64,000 nucleotides of DNA, taken from the IMG/VR virus record IMGVR_UViG_3300017971_000203; one strand, written 5' to 3'. A program made the position numbers and the translations under genes. This document shows positions 47,308 to 54,588 of this stretch, piece by piece. Below the pieces are notes generated by a model. The model was not told the DNA's origin and ran no database searches. It worked only from the letters and a program-made list of their open reading frames with translations. Numbering within the stretch: the stretch's first letter is position 1; each line of letters opens with the position of its first letter. Origin of the DNA: a virus.

Positions 47308-47674
47308 TGGAGATGGCGGGAGTTGAACCCGCGTCCGCAATGCTTCGGAATCGTGCTTCTACGTGCGTATCCTGTGTACGCTACCCCTCGAGACGCCCAC
47401 AGGCAGGCTCCTCTTCGGGAGGTCCAGCTCTGATTGTCGGAGACCAGCTCGCCCTGAACCAAGGCTCTCTGGCGTCGTATCCTGCTGATTGACGTCAGCA
47501 GCTCGAGCCGCAGGAGCTCTCGAGGCCGACGCGCTCACGCAGCTTGTGCGTAGGCGAATTGCTCAACATCGTCGTTGGCAGTTGTCGTTGTCTTCGCAGT
47601 TTGTCGAGGTCACGAAGACCACCCCCGGCACGCAACACGTCCCTCCATCACCACGTCGAAACCGTGTCATCCCC
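47308..47674 (-). ncRNA. ssrA: tmRNA, tag (A)ANDDVEQFAYAQAA*
   Basis: GGGGATGA..GGTTTCGAC 5' end, G3:U70 acceptor, 3' GGACGCGGGTTCAACTCCCGCCATCTCCA; tag ORF 47579-47535 ends in AA-stop. Confidence 0.93.
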
Positions 47675-47676
47675 AA

Positions 47677-47801
47677 AGCCCCGTGCGGGGATTGCACCCG
47701 CGCTTTGTCCGTTGGGACACGCAGACGGGGTAGGCTGCGCCAACTGCAGGTCCGAAGACCTTCGACCGGGACAAATGCCTGAAAACCCGGTCCCGCGGGC
47801 C
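47677..47801 (-). ncRNA. tRNA-framed RNA with an enlarged central domain
   Basis: 3' T-arm-like GCGGG-TGCAATC-CCCGC plus an imperfect acceptor; a TTTGTCC/GGACAAA stem encloses multiple hairpins. Confidence 0.4.
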
Positions 47802-47820
47802 AGCACCGCGGTTGTATGAT

Positions 47821-47977
47821 TTTGCTCGAAGATGATTGCCGGAAGGTGTGCAAAGCACATTCTATGTCTGATGCTCTGACCAACTGAGCTACCACTCCAT
47901 CTGTGGAGTGGGCAGGATTCGAACCCGCGACCGCCAGATTAACCGAAGTAACCCTCACGAGCTGCGCTCCGAGCAAA
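47821..47977 (-). ncRNA. YrlA-type Y RNA (unit 7) with permuted tRNA domain
   Basis: Terminal stem TTTGCTCGGAG/CTTCGAGCAAA; AGGGTTACTTCG; then T-arm, closed acceptor hairpin CCACTCCA/TGGAGTGG and D-arm TAGCTCAGTTGGTCAGAGC. Confidence 0.8.
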
Positions 47978-47982
47978 GAGGT

Positions 47983-48059
47983 TCCTCCCGAAGATGAGAA
48001 GCGGCAAGGTACGTTTCGTGTGCATCGTCGAAGTAACCCTGCCAGGCGCTCCGGGAAGA
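47983..48059 (-). ncRNA. Minimal Y-RNA-like unit 6
   Basis: Same terminal module (CGGAGCG..AGGGTTACTTCG..ACCTT..TCATCTTCG) with an insert of about 20 nt. Confidence 0.7.
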
Positions 48060-48061
48060 GA

Positions 48062-48145
48062 GGGGACGCCCAGGGTGCGAGCCTGGTCTGTAGGGCGGAT
48101 CCGAAGACATATGCCCTGCCGTCCTACTACGGGCGGCCACGTCCC
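48062..48145 (-). ncRNA. Cloverleaf tRNA-like element with degenerate loops
   Basis: GGGACGT/GCGTCCC acceptor, GCCGCCC/GGACGGC, AGGGC/GCCCT with a 16-nt loop, CCAGG-CTCGCAC-CCTGG. Confidence 0.5.
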
Positions 48146-48152
48146 AAGAGCA

Positions 48153-48226
48153 TCTCACGAGGATGAAGGCTGCCAAGGGCTGGGTTCGTTGAAAGCGAAG
48201 TACCCCTGGCAAAACGCCCCGTGAGA
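48153..48226 (-). ncRNA. Minimal Y-RNA-like unit 5
   Basis: TCTCACGGGG/CCTCGTGAGA stem, AGGGGTACTTCG..CCCTT..TCATCCTCG. Confidence 0.7.
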
Positions 48227-48233
48227 AAAGGTA

Positions 48234-48350
48234 TCACTCGAAGATAATAGCGGAAAGGCTTTGCCCCTCCATCCGGGGCTGGCCGGCATAAGGGCGCCGG
48301 CCTTTGGGGTCGAACCAAACGAAGTAGCCCTGTCCTGTCGCTCCGAGTGA
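48234..48350 (-). ncRNA. Y-RNA-like unit 4 with compact permuted tRNA domain
   Basis: TCACTCGGAG/CTTCGAGTGA stem, AGGGCTACTTCG, T-arm TTTGG-TTCGACC-CCAAA, GGCCGGC/GCCGGCC hairpin, GCCCC/GGGGC D-like arm. Confidence 0.75.
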
Positions 48351-48357
48351 AAAAGGG

Positions 48358-48475
48358 TCCCCGTGAAGATGATGGTAGGGAAAGTCAACGACTGCCTCCG
48401 AGGCTGCGCTGGAGTCGAACCAGCTTGGTCGTGGTTGTAAACCACGAAGTAACTCTCTCTGGCGCTCCACGAGGA
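48358..48475 (-). ncRNA. Y-RNA-like unit 3 with T-arm
   Basis: TCCTCGTGGAG/CTTCACGGGGA stem, GAGAGTTACTTCG, GCTGG-TTCGACT-CCAGC. Confidence 0.72.
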
Positions 48476-48482
48476 GAAGAAC

Positions 48483-48611
48483 CGGTCGAAGATGAAAGTT
48501 GCCAAGGTGTCTGTACAAGGCGTTCCTCCGGTCGTTGCCGATCCGGTAATCCCATTGGGAGCCCCCCGAAGGGGTGGTGGAACGAAGAACCCCTGACGGC
48601 CGCTCCGACCG
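48483..48611 (-). ncRNA. Y-RNA-like unit 2 with a non-tRNA multi-hairpin domain
   Basis: CGGTCGGAG/CTTCGACCG stem, AGGGGTTCTTCG..CACCTT..TCATCTTCG; insert of three hairpins. Confidence 0.7.
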
Positions 48612-48613
48612 AA

Positions 48614-48757
48614 TAGACCCGTTGGGATTCGAACCCAACTCCCTTCCACGATGCTCCTACCCGGCACTTCCGTCCGGCCTCAGAGCACACTCACTGTTGC
48701 CCCTGTGAGCTGCTTCAGGGTTCCGGCCTGGGGAGGGGCACCCCATTCCGCAGGTCT
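48614..48757 (-). ncRNA. tRNA-framed RNA (acceptor plus canonical T-arm) with ~110-nt replaced core
   Basis: AGACCTG/CGGGTCT-A acceptor and TTGGG-TTCGAAT-CCCAA T-arm. Confidence 0.6.
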
Positions 48758-48758
48758 A

Positions 48759-49054
48759 TGGAAGACATCGGAGTCGAACCGATCACCTCCCCTAAAGGAT
48801 CCAAGAACCGGGACGGCATCGAAGCCGACAACGCAATGCGTTCCACCTGGCGCGGTTCTGTTCAGGGCAGAAATTCAAGAGCCTCCTTGTACGTCGAAGC
48901 CATAGTGACTCCGGCTTTCTGATTGTTTTTTGGCGCAGTCCTTCGCATTGTGAAGACCGCCTTGCAGTGCGCTAGGTCTTCTGGTATCAGACAATCCACT
49001 TCGAAGGAAGGAAAACCAGCTCAGCAGGCGCTCTCCCAGCTGAGCTAGTCCCCC
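48759..49054 (-). ncRNA. tRNA-Ala-like RNA with a ~230-nt structured insertion at the anticodon arm
   Basis: GGGGGAC/GTCTTCC-A with G3:U70, D-arm TAGCTCAGCTGGGAGAGCG, T-arm ATCGG-TTCGACT-CCGAT. Confidence 0.7.
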
Positions 49055-49059
49055 AAGGT

Positions 49060-49198
49060 TGTCCGAGGATAAAAATTGGGAAGGTACTATACGGCGCTCT
49101 TCCCCTGAGCTATCCCCTTCACAACGGAAGGGGAGCAGGATTCGAACCTGCGACCTCCGGCTCCGAAGGCGAAGTAACCCTCTCCGCCGCCCCGGACA
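49060..49198 (-). ncRNA. YrlA-type Y RNA (unit 1) with permuted tRNA domain
   Basis: TGTCCG/CGGACA stem, AGGGTTACTTCG, GCAGG-TTCGAAT-CCTGC, TCCCCTTC/GAAGGGGA hairpin, TAGCTCAGGGGAAGAGC. Confidence 0.8.
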
Positions 49199-49234
49199 TG
49201 ACATCAGCGCCGAAGCACCAACATCGTGACACCG

Positions 49235-49263
49235 AAGCTAACAGGGTCGGTTTGGATTGTCAA
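49235..49263 (-). promoter_or_regulatory. Class B promoter driving the RNA cluster
   Basis: TTGACAATCC.., N17, TAGCTT, followed by GTGTCAC. Confidence 0.7.
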
Positions 49264-49407
49264 GGGGCTTTCTGAAAAAAGTGCACTGGATCGAGAAAGG
49301 GGCCCCGGGCAGCATTGGTGGGACCCCTTCCTCTTCACTCCGAGGAGACGGCTTACGGAGTGAGTTCTTCTAGGTGTACCGTTGGGGCGCTGTTCCCGTC
49401 AAGAACA

Positions 49408-50238
49408 TCACTCTTCCAGAGGGGCCGAAGATTCGATCAGAGCAGCAATGTTGCCGCCGATGTCCTCGAAGCGCGGAGAGGGTTGCGGCTCTCGAGGAGT
49501 CGAGGCCATGCTGCCGTTCACCTCGGGGTCTTCGAAGCGTGGGTGCCCCGGGGCTTCGGACGGGGGCAGAGGCATCCCGAAAGGATCGCAGTCCAGGGTC
49601 TCCCACCTGGTGGGTTTGTCCGTCAGGTCGCCCGGGGTCGGTCCGGTCAGGGGTGCGGGGCCGCTGCTCGAGCTCTGGGGCGGCACCCCGAATCTGGAGG
49701 GAGCGCGCGGGCTCGCTGTGTCGGCCTGGCGGATCTGCTCGATGAGCTCGCGGTCTGTCCGGGGTGCTCGAGGTCGAGGCGGCTCGGGCGGAGGTGTGGG
49801 AGTTCGAGGTGCCGAACGCCTCCTCGGAGGTCGGTTGTCCATGCTCTCCGGGAGCACCCGCTGCCGGGTCAGTGCCTGATCCCACGCGGAGGTCTGTCGG
49901 AGTGCTTGGATCGTCCGATCCTTTGCAGCGACTTCCCGGCGGAGGTGTCGGTTCTCCTGGATGAGCTCCCCCCGGCTCATGTTGTCGTAGCGGGAAGTCT
50001 CCCGGAGCCCCCTCAGAGCCCTCTGGAAGCGCGCTCCCGCGCGTGGGCGCGTGGACGTGTGCGCGGGCGCTTGCGCTTGTGCTCGCGCTCGTGTGGTCTC
50101 CTGGAGCCCCAGGAGGCGTTGCACAGCCATGTCGTCCGCCTGGGCAGGCGTGCTAGCCCGGAGCGGGGAGTCCATTCCGAGGATGCGGTCGACGGCCTTT
50201 TGTTCCTGGAGCAATGTCAGCGGCGGCAAGAACGACAT
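49408..50238 (-). CDS. Hypothetical protein, coiled-coil with Pro-rich disordered tail
   Basis: AAGGAGG SD; 276 aa. Confidence 0.55.
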   Translation of the reverse strand: MSFLPPLTLLQEQKAVDRILGMDSPLRASTPAQADDMAVQRLLGLQETTRARAQAQAPAHTSTRPRAGARFQRALRGLRETSRYDNMSRGELIQENRHLRREVAAKDRTIQALRQTSAWDQALTRQRVLPESMDNRPPRRRSAPRTPTPPPEPPRPRAPRTDRELIEQIRQADTASPRAPSRFGVPPQSSSSGPAPLTGPTPGDLTDKPTRWETLDCDPFGMPLPPSEAPGHPRFEDPEVNGSMASTPREPQPSPRFEDIGGNIAALIESSAPLEE

Positions 50239-50422
50239 GGGGGAACCCTCCTTGTGAGAAGGTTCCCCCTCGGCGGTCGCTCTGTCAAGTCCAGGTCAGA
50301 GCTCACCCGTCTTCAGCCCGCTCCGATTACCGTTGCGAAGCCCCCTTTCCTGGGCTTCAAGACCAGTGTGTAGTCCGGTCTGTTAGCCCTTGGGGGCGCT
50401 TTCTTAGCCACGAATCCACCCC

Positions 50423-50839
50423 CTACAGGCTTCGGTTCCGGATCTTCTGGGCGATCCCCTGGAGGATCTCTTCGTTCCGGCCTTCCCATGCTTCGGGCAC
50501 AAGCTCGACCTCTTCGGGACCTCCGCAATCACGAAAGACCTGAATGAAGGCCGCCGTATGGTCTTGGCGGAGAGGTGCCTTCAGAGAGGCCTGATGAAGT
50601 GCGAGCAGCACCTGGGCTCGAGTCCCCAGACGCTGTGTCCGACAGAGCTCCCGAACGTGGGCCCTGTACACCCACGGGGCCATGTCCAGGAACTCCGAAG
50701 GTTGAGCCAGACGGAATGTCTCCGAAGACTTTTCCCCCGTGAGCCCAGCTTCTTTGATCTCTTCCTCGCAGATCAGCATGAAGTCGAACATCCGGGCGAT
50801 ACGCCCCCCTCCCGGGAACTGCTTGATGAGTGTATCCAT
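50423..50839 (-). CDS. Hypothetical protein
   Basis: Operon packing; start MDTLIK. Confidence 0.6.
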   Translation of the reverse strand: MDTLIKQFPGGGRIARMFDFMLICEEEIKEAGLTGEKSSETFRLAQPSEFLDMAPWVYRAHVRELCRTQRLGTRAQVLLALHQASLKAPLRQDHTAAFIQVFRDCGGPEEVELVPEAWEGRNEEILQGIAQKIRNRSL

Positions 50840-50847
50840 GTTCACGA

Positions 50848-51372
50848 TTAGTTCTCCAGCGTATAGAGGGATTCGAAAAGGTGTTCGTCGGCGAACACTT
50901 CCGCCAGGTTCTCCGGATCTCCTGCCCAGCCTTCCAGGAAGGTCCTTGTCATCTCTTCTGCAGGGAAGTCGAGCCGGAGTTTCGCCTTCTTGCACAAATG
51001 CGGGATCTCTACTCGAATGCTCCAGTATTCTTCGTCAGGTAGTTGAAAGATCTCTGTACGAAAAGCCTCGCACCACGCCTCTTCGAGGTCGTAGCGAACG
51101 TCCACGGCCCGGCTCCTGAGCTGCGCCTCCGTATCGCTGTGGTAGACCCAGTTGTTCGCCCACACCCCCCGGTGGTCCTGGTCGAAGCCCGGGTCCCCGG
51201 AGTGGTAGTGCACGTTACCGTCCACGAGCTGGACGCGGAACTCTGTGTCGGGCTCGTTGCCGTCTTCATCCAGGGTAGGCTCTGGGTGAGCGCTCCGCAG
51301 TGTCTCTTGCGTGTACTTCAGGGCCTTGGCAATGGCCTCCACGCTCGGGATGATACTTGTCGGGAAGTCCAT
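50848..51372 (-). CDS. Hypothetical protein
   Basis: SGDPGFDQDHRG.W motif; SD present. Confidence 0.65.
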   Translation of the reverse strand: MDFPTSIIPSVEAIAKALKYTQETLRSAHPEPTLDEDGNEPDTEFRVQLVDGNVHYHSGDPGFDQDHRGVWANNWVYHSDTEAQLRSRAVDVRYDLEEAWCEAFRTEIFQLPDEEYWSIRVEIPHLCKKAKLRLDFPAEEMTRTFLEGWAGDPENLAEVFADEHLFESLYTLEN

Positions 51373-51381
51373 GTTCGTCTC

Positions 51382-51636
51382 CTACATCCAGATGCACTCG
51401 TAGCCACTCCAGGTCAGGAAGTAGCACGGTTGTCCGTTGATGGTGCCCTTGTGATAGCCGACATGCCAGTCATCCTCGAGCTTCAGGTCCTTGTCGTATC
51501 CGTGGAGCTCCGCCCACTCGTCGAGGCCTTCCACGGCGCCCCTGAGCTCCTCCGGGGGCACGTCTTCGGAGGAGTGTCGGAGCTCGCAGATCTCGAGGTA
51601 GTTGAAGCACACGCACTTGCCGCGGTAGGTCATCAT
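51382..51636 (-). CDS. Hypothetical protein
   Basis: Start MMTYRG coupled to the SWIM gene stop. Confidence 0.6.
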   Translation of the reverse strand: MMTYRGKCVCFNYLEICELRHSSEDVPPEELRGAVEGLDEWAELHGYDKDLKLEDDWHVGYHKGTINGQPCYFLTWSGYECIWM

Positions 51637-52190
51637 CAGAACGTCACCGCCTTCTTCCCCTTCTTCTTCGGGGGCATGGCATGGGGGTGCTTGATACCGA
51701 ACGCCGAGCGAACGATGCTCGCGATGGCCTCGTTGACCGAGCTCGCCTTGGAGCGGGCCTGGAAGACCGCCAGGACTTCCTGCCGGTCCTTCGCCGCACC
51801 GGCATCGACGAGGGTCTTGATGGCCGCCGTGAAGCTCCCAGCCGCCTTCACGCGAGCTCTGTAGAGGTGCTTGCAGGCGGTCTTGTGCTTCCCCGCCGGA
51901 CACGTGCAGGACACGGCGTCGTCGTGCTCGAGGCTCACGACCACGGTGTAGGTGGTGTCGGAAGAGTCCGACTTGACTTCGACCATCACCTCCGGGGCCA
52001 TCTTCGGGGCTTTCCACCCGAAGGCCCACTGGCCATCGGCCATCGGAAAGCAGCCGTAAGCGAAGCCGGTCTCGGCCATGAGGTCGCTTTGTTTCGTGTC
52101 GAACCCAGGGTGGTAGACTTTCTGCCCGTCCTTGGCGACACCGAGCACGAAAGTGGAAGTGACGAGAGCTTTGACGGGATGAGTGTTCAT
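51636..52190 (-). CDS. SWIM zinc-finger protein
   Basis: VKSDS...YTV...SCTCPA......CKHL. Confidence 0.8.
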   Translation of the reverse strand: MNTHPVKALVTSTFVLGVAKDGQKVYHPGFDTKQSDLMAETGFAYGCFPMADGQWAFGWKAPKMAPEVMVEVKSDSSDTTYTVVVSLEHDDAVSCTCPAGKHKTACKHLYRARVKAAGSFTAAIKTLVDAGAAKDRQEVLAVFQARSKASSVNEAIASIVRSAFGIKHPHAMPPKKKGKKAVTF

Positions 52191-52192
52191 GA

Positions 52193-52525
52193 CTATTCCG
52201 TTTCTTTGATGGCGTTATCGAGAGCGCGGCCTACAAGGGCTTTCCCGTGTTCAAGACCGAACCAGCGTTCATGGAAGTTCTGGACTAGGTCTTCCCGAAT
52301 GGTACGCAGCTGTCGGAGTCTTTCCTTGCGGGCCTCCTCGAGAGCTTCCGACCGGGAAGGCAGAGGGCCGAGATCGTCTGTCGGTTGCAAGCTCCTGCTC
52401 GAGTGCCAGCACCGTTGCCCTTCTTCGTTTTCCACAAGGGTGTCACACATGCCGGAACTGAGGGGCTTCCACTGGATCACGGTTCCGCGATCCCCCCAAG
52501 CCGTTCTTATTCGTCGTCCTTTCAT
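52193..52525 (-). CDS. Hypothetical protein
   Basis: 110-aa packed ORF. Confidence 0.55.
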   Translation of the reverse strand: MKGRRIRTAWGDRGTVIQWKPLSSGMCDTLVENEEGQRCWHSSRSLQPTDDLGPLPSRSEALEEARKERLRQLRTIREDLVQNFHERWFGLEHGKALVGRALDNAIKETE

Positions 52526-52527
52526 GA

Positions 52528-52779
52528 CTACCCCAGAAGTCCAAGTGCCTTTTCGGCCTTGTCTGTGAGAAGGGTGGAGAGAGCTTCAAGGCTCTGAGCG
52601 TTCTCGATGTTGCCGGCCAGACGATCGGCTACCGCGTGGCCCCTGTGTCGGGCTGCGGACGACAGAAAGGAGAGGGCGTCGGCCAGCTGTTCACAGTCGT
52701 CCACGGAGCCGGTCGCGGCGCAGTCGTCCATGTGGGCGACCAAGCGTTCGATCAGGGCGCGTCTCTCTTCCTTGGTCAT
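52528..52779 (-). CDS. Hypothetical protein
   Basis: 83-aa ORF with an AAGGAG SD. Confidence 0.6.
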   Translation of the reverse strand: MTKEERRALIERLVAHMDDCAATGSVDDCEQLADALSFLSSAARHRGHAVADRLAGNIENAQSLEALSTLLTDKAEKALGLLG

Positions 52780-52782
52780 CGA

Positions 52783-53133
52783 TCACACTCCTTGGCAGCG
52801 GGGACAGCAGGGCCATTCACCGGGCCACGGGGCCTCGTAGCGCACCCACTCGTTGCAGTATCCGCACACGTCTTTGTGGCCCTCCTCACGGTTTAGGGCG
52901 GCCCGGATCTCCTCTCCCAGGGGAGTGAGCTCGAAGCGGTAGTTCTCCTCGACCATCAGGCCGCGCCGGATCAGCGCCTGGAGTGTGCTACCGCGGGTCC
53001 AGTCGCCGTCTCCGACGCCCTTCACGCGGGGGAAGGCCTGGAGCATGCGATCGGACAGGTCGAACTTCTTCGCGATGGCGCGCACCATCCAGTGCGTGGT
53101 GTCGAGCGTGGTGGTCGGTACGGGTGTAGCCAT
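52783..53133 (-). CDS. wHTH-like plus zinc-ribbon protein
   Basis: TLQALIRRGLM...FELTPLG and CGYC..CPRC; leader motif present. Confidence 0.6.
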   Translation of the reverse strand: MATPVPTTTLDTTHWMVRAIAKKFDLSDRMLQAFPRVKGVGDGDWTRGSTLQALIRRGLMVEENYRFELTPLGEEIRAALNREEGHKDVCGYCNEWVRYEAPWPGEWPCCPRCQGV

Positions 53134-53161
53134 GAGATCCCCCTCCGTTGGGATGTGGTGG

Positions 53162-53392
53162 TCAGGCGTTGCGGCCGGCGTCGGTCAGCAGGTAGTAGGT
53201 AGTCCAGTGGTGGCGCGTGTTACCATCGCGCAAGTATTCGACCCTGTAGTCGGTGTCGAGCCACAAGAGGAGACCCCGTCTACACAGCGCCTTGAGGGTG
53301 CCCGCGTGGAAAGCGTCGGTGCTGATGCGACCCGCGCGGCGCCTTTTGGCGAGCTCGAGGGCCTTCTTCATGTTTGGACTGAGCACTTTCAC
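53162..53392 (-). CDS. Small wHTH-like protein, paralogous to 52783-53133
   Basis: LS..M..AL..TLKAL.RRGL..Y.LT.AG; first gene after a class A promoter. Confidence 0.6.
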   Translation of the reverse strand: MKVLSPNMKKALELAKRRRAGRISTDAFHAGTLKALCRRGLLLWLDTDYRVEYLRDGNTRHHWTTYYLLTDAGRNA

Positions 53393-53436
53393 TGTGTCCC
53401 CCTCCGTTGGAACGTTCAGCAGGTCAACTGAGGCTA

Positions 53437-53496
53437 AGTATACGCCCCTCGACGCTAGTGTCAACAGGCGAATGAAAAAAGATCGATCTTTTTTCA
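53437..53496 (-). promoter_or_regulatory. Class A promoter with an upstream perfect 24-bp palindrome
   Basis: TTGACA-CTAGCGTCGAGGGGCG(16)-TATACT; TGAAAAAAGATCGATCTTTTTTCA at 53473-53496. Confidence 0.8.
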
Positions 53497-54588
53497 GAGA
53501 CCCTTTTCAACCCATGACGGGACGGTGCCGTCGACGCGCATAATGGGTGGCGGCGTGGAAATGCCGCCCACGGGGATGTGCGTCGGAGCCGGTCCCTGGA
53601 ACTCTTCCATACTGATGAGACGCTCCCACCGGTTGGGATGGTCGTAGAGCTTGCGGTGGAAGTAGAGGTTCTCCATGACCACGTTCTCATTTTTCGACAT
53701 GGTCATATCCATGGAGCGCTGGACCAGGGTGCGCATCCCGGAGCCGCCTCGAGAGTTCGTGCACCGGATGAGCCCGGCCAGGGTGGTGCCCTTCTTCCAG
53801 CCCATACGCTTCATCATGGCCAGACCGTCTGGGGTGTAGCTCTCCAACCAGGCCTCGATGCAGATCTGGATCACCTGGGGGTGCAGACCGATTTCCCACC
53901 AGCCGGAGAGCAGCCAGTCGTACTTCTTCTGGTGAGGGCGCTTGCCACGCTTCACCCGGATCTGTTTCCGGATCCACTTCTCCGAAGCCATCTTCGCACC
54001 GACCCGGTCACCCCAGGCGTGTGCGGCCAGCTTCGGCAGACGCAAGGCGAGCACAGCCAAGACGTCCGGCGCGGTGTCTGCCCACCAGTGCGCGAAGCCG
54101 ATGGAGAGCTCGTCCAAGGAGATCCAGCTGTCGGGAGCTCTCGAGAAGACCAGCTGGTGGTTCTTCTTCCGTGCCCCGGAGACGAGCTTCAGGAGCCCGT
54201 CCTCGAAGGTCGTGTCTGCCAGAATGAACTCCCAGGTGGGGCAGGGCTTCAGGTACTCCCAGGGGCAGTGATCGTAGCCCCAGCGGACGGTGACCTTTGG
54301 CAGTGGGTGCAGCACCGGGTGGGGACTGTCGCCGGCGGGAACATCCAGGACCTCGGCGGGCTCGGGGAACATGGTCCGCCAGGTCTTCGGCCCCATTTTC
54401 CCGTCGATCTTCAGCCCCTTGGCTTCTTGCCAGGCCGCCAGTGCTCGGACGGTCTTCGAGCCCCAGAGCCCGTCGGTCTTGGTTCCGACTTCGTTTTGGA
54501 TCCGCCGGGTTTTCTTCTTCGAGTAACCCCTCTTCAAGTTGTAACGGATAGCGGCGTCCACTTGCGCCTTGTTCAGCTCTACCATCAC
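53494..54588 (-). CDS. Peptidoglycan-binding-domain protein, probable endolysin or cell-wall hydrolase
   Basis: IQ..VG..TDGLWGSKTVRAL.AWQ..KGL.IDGKMGPKTW PGBD; catalytic domain not identified. Confidence 0.75.
   Translation of the reverse strand: MMVELNKAQVDAAIRYNLKRGYSKKKTRRIQNEVGTKTDGLWGSKTVRALAAWQEAKGLKIDGKMGPKTWRTMFPEPAEVLDVPAGDSPHPVLHPLPKVTVRWGYDHCPWEYLKPCPTWEFILADTTFEDGLLKLVSGARKKNHQLVFSRAPDSWISLDELSIGFAHWWADTAPDVLAVLALRLPKLAAHAWGDRVGAKMASEKWIRKQIRVKRGKRPHQKKYDWLLSGWWEIGLHPQVIQICIEAWLESYTPDGLAMMKRMGWKKGTTLAGLIRCTNSRGGSGMRTLVQRSMDMTMSKNENVVMENLYFHRKLYDHPNRWERLISMEEFQGPAPTHIPVGGISTPPPIMRVDGTVPSWVEKGL

Noticed and set aside
48790-49020. Group I intron in tRNA-Ala
   Set aside because: No recognisable P7 R/S elements, and removing the insert does not clearly restore a 5-bp anticodon stem with a UGC loop. 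Not fully excluded without a covariance search.
47821-49198. CRISPR array interpretation of the repeated CGAAGTAACCC / GAAGATGA motifs
   Set aside because: The repeats are bipartite, degenerate and irregularly spaced, and each unit closes its own terminal stem. There is no cas operon.
45903-49204. Short ORFs called across the RNA cluster
   Set aside because: They overlap clear tRNA, tmRNA and Y-like structures, and lack SDs and phage-like codon usage.
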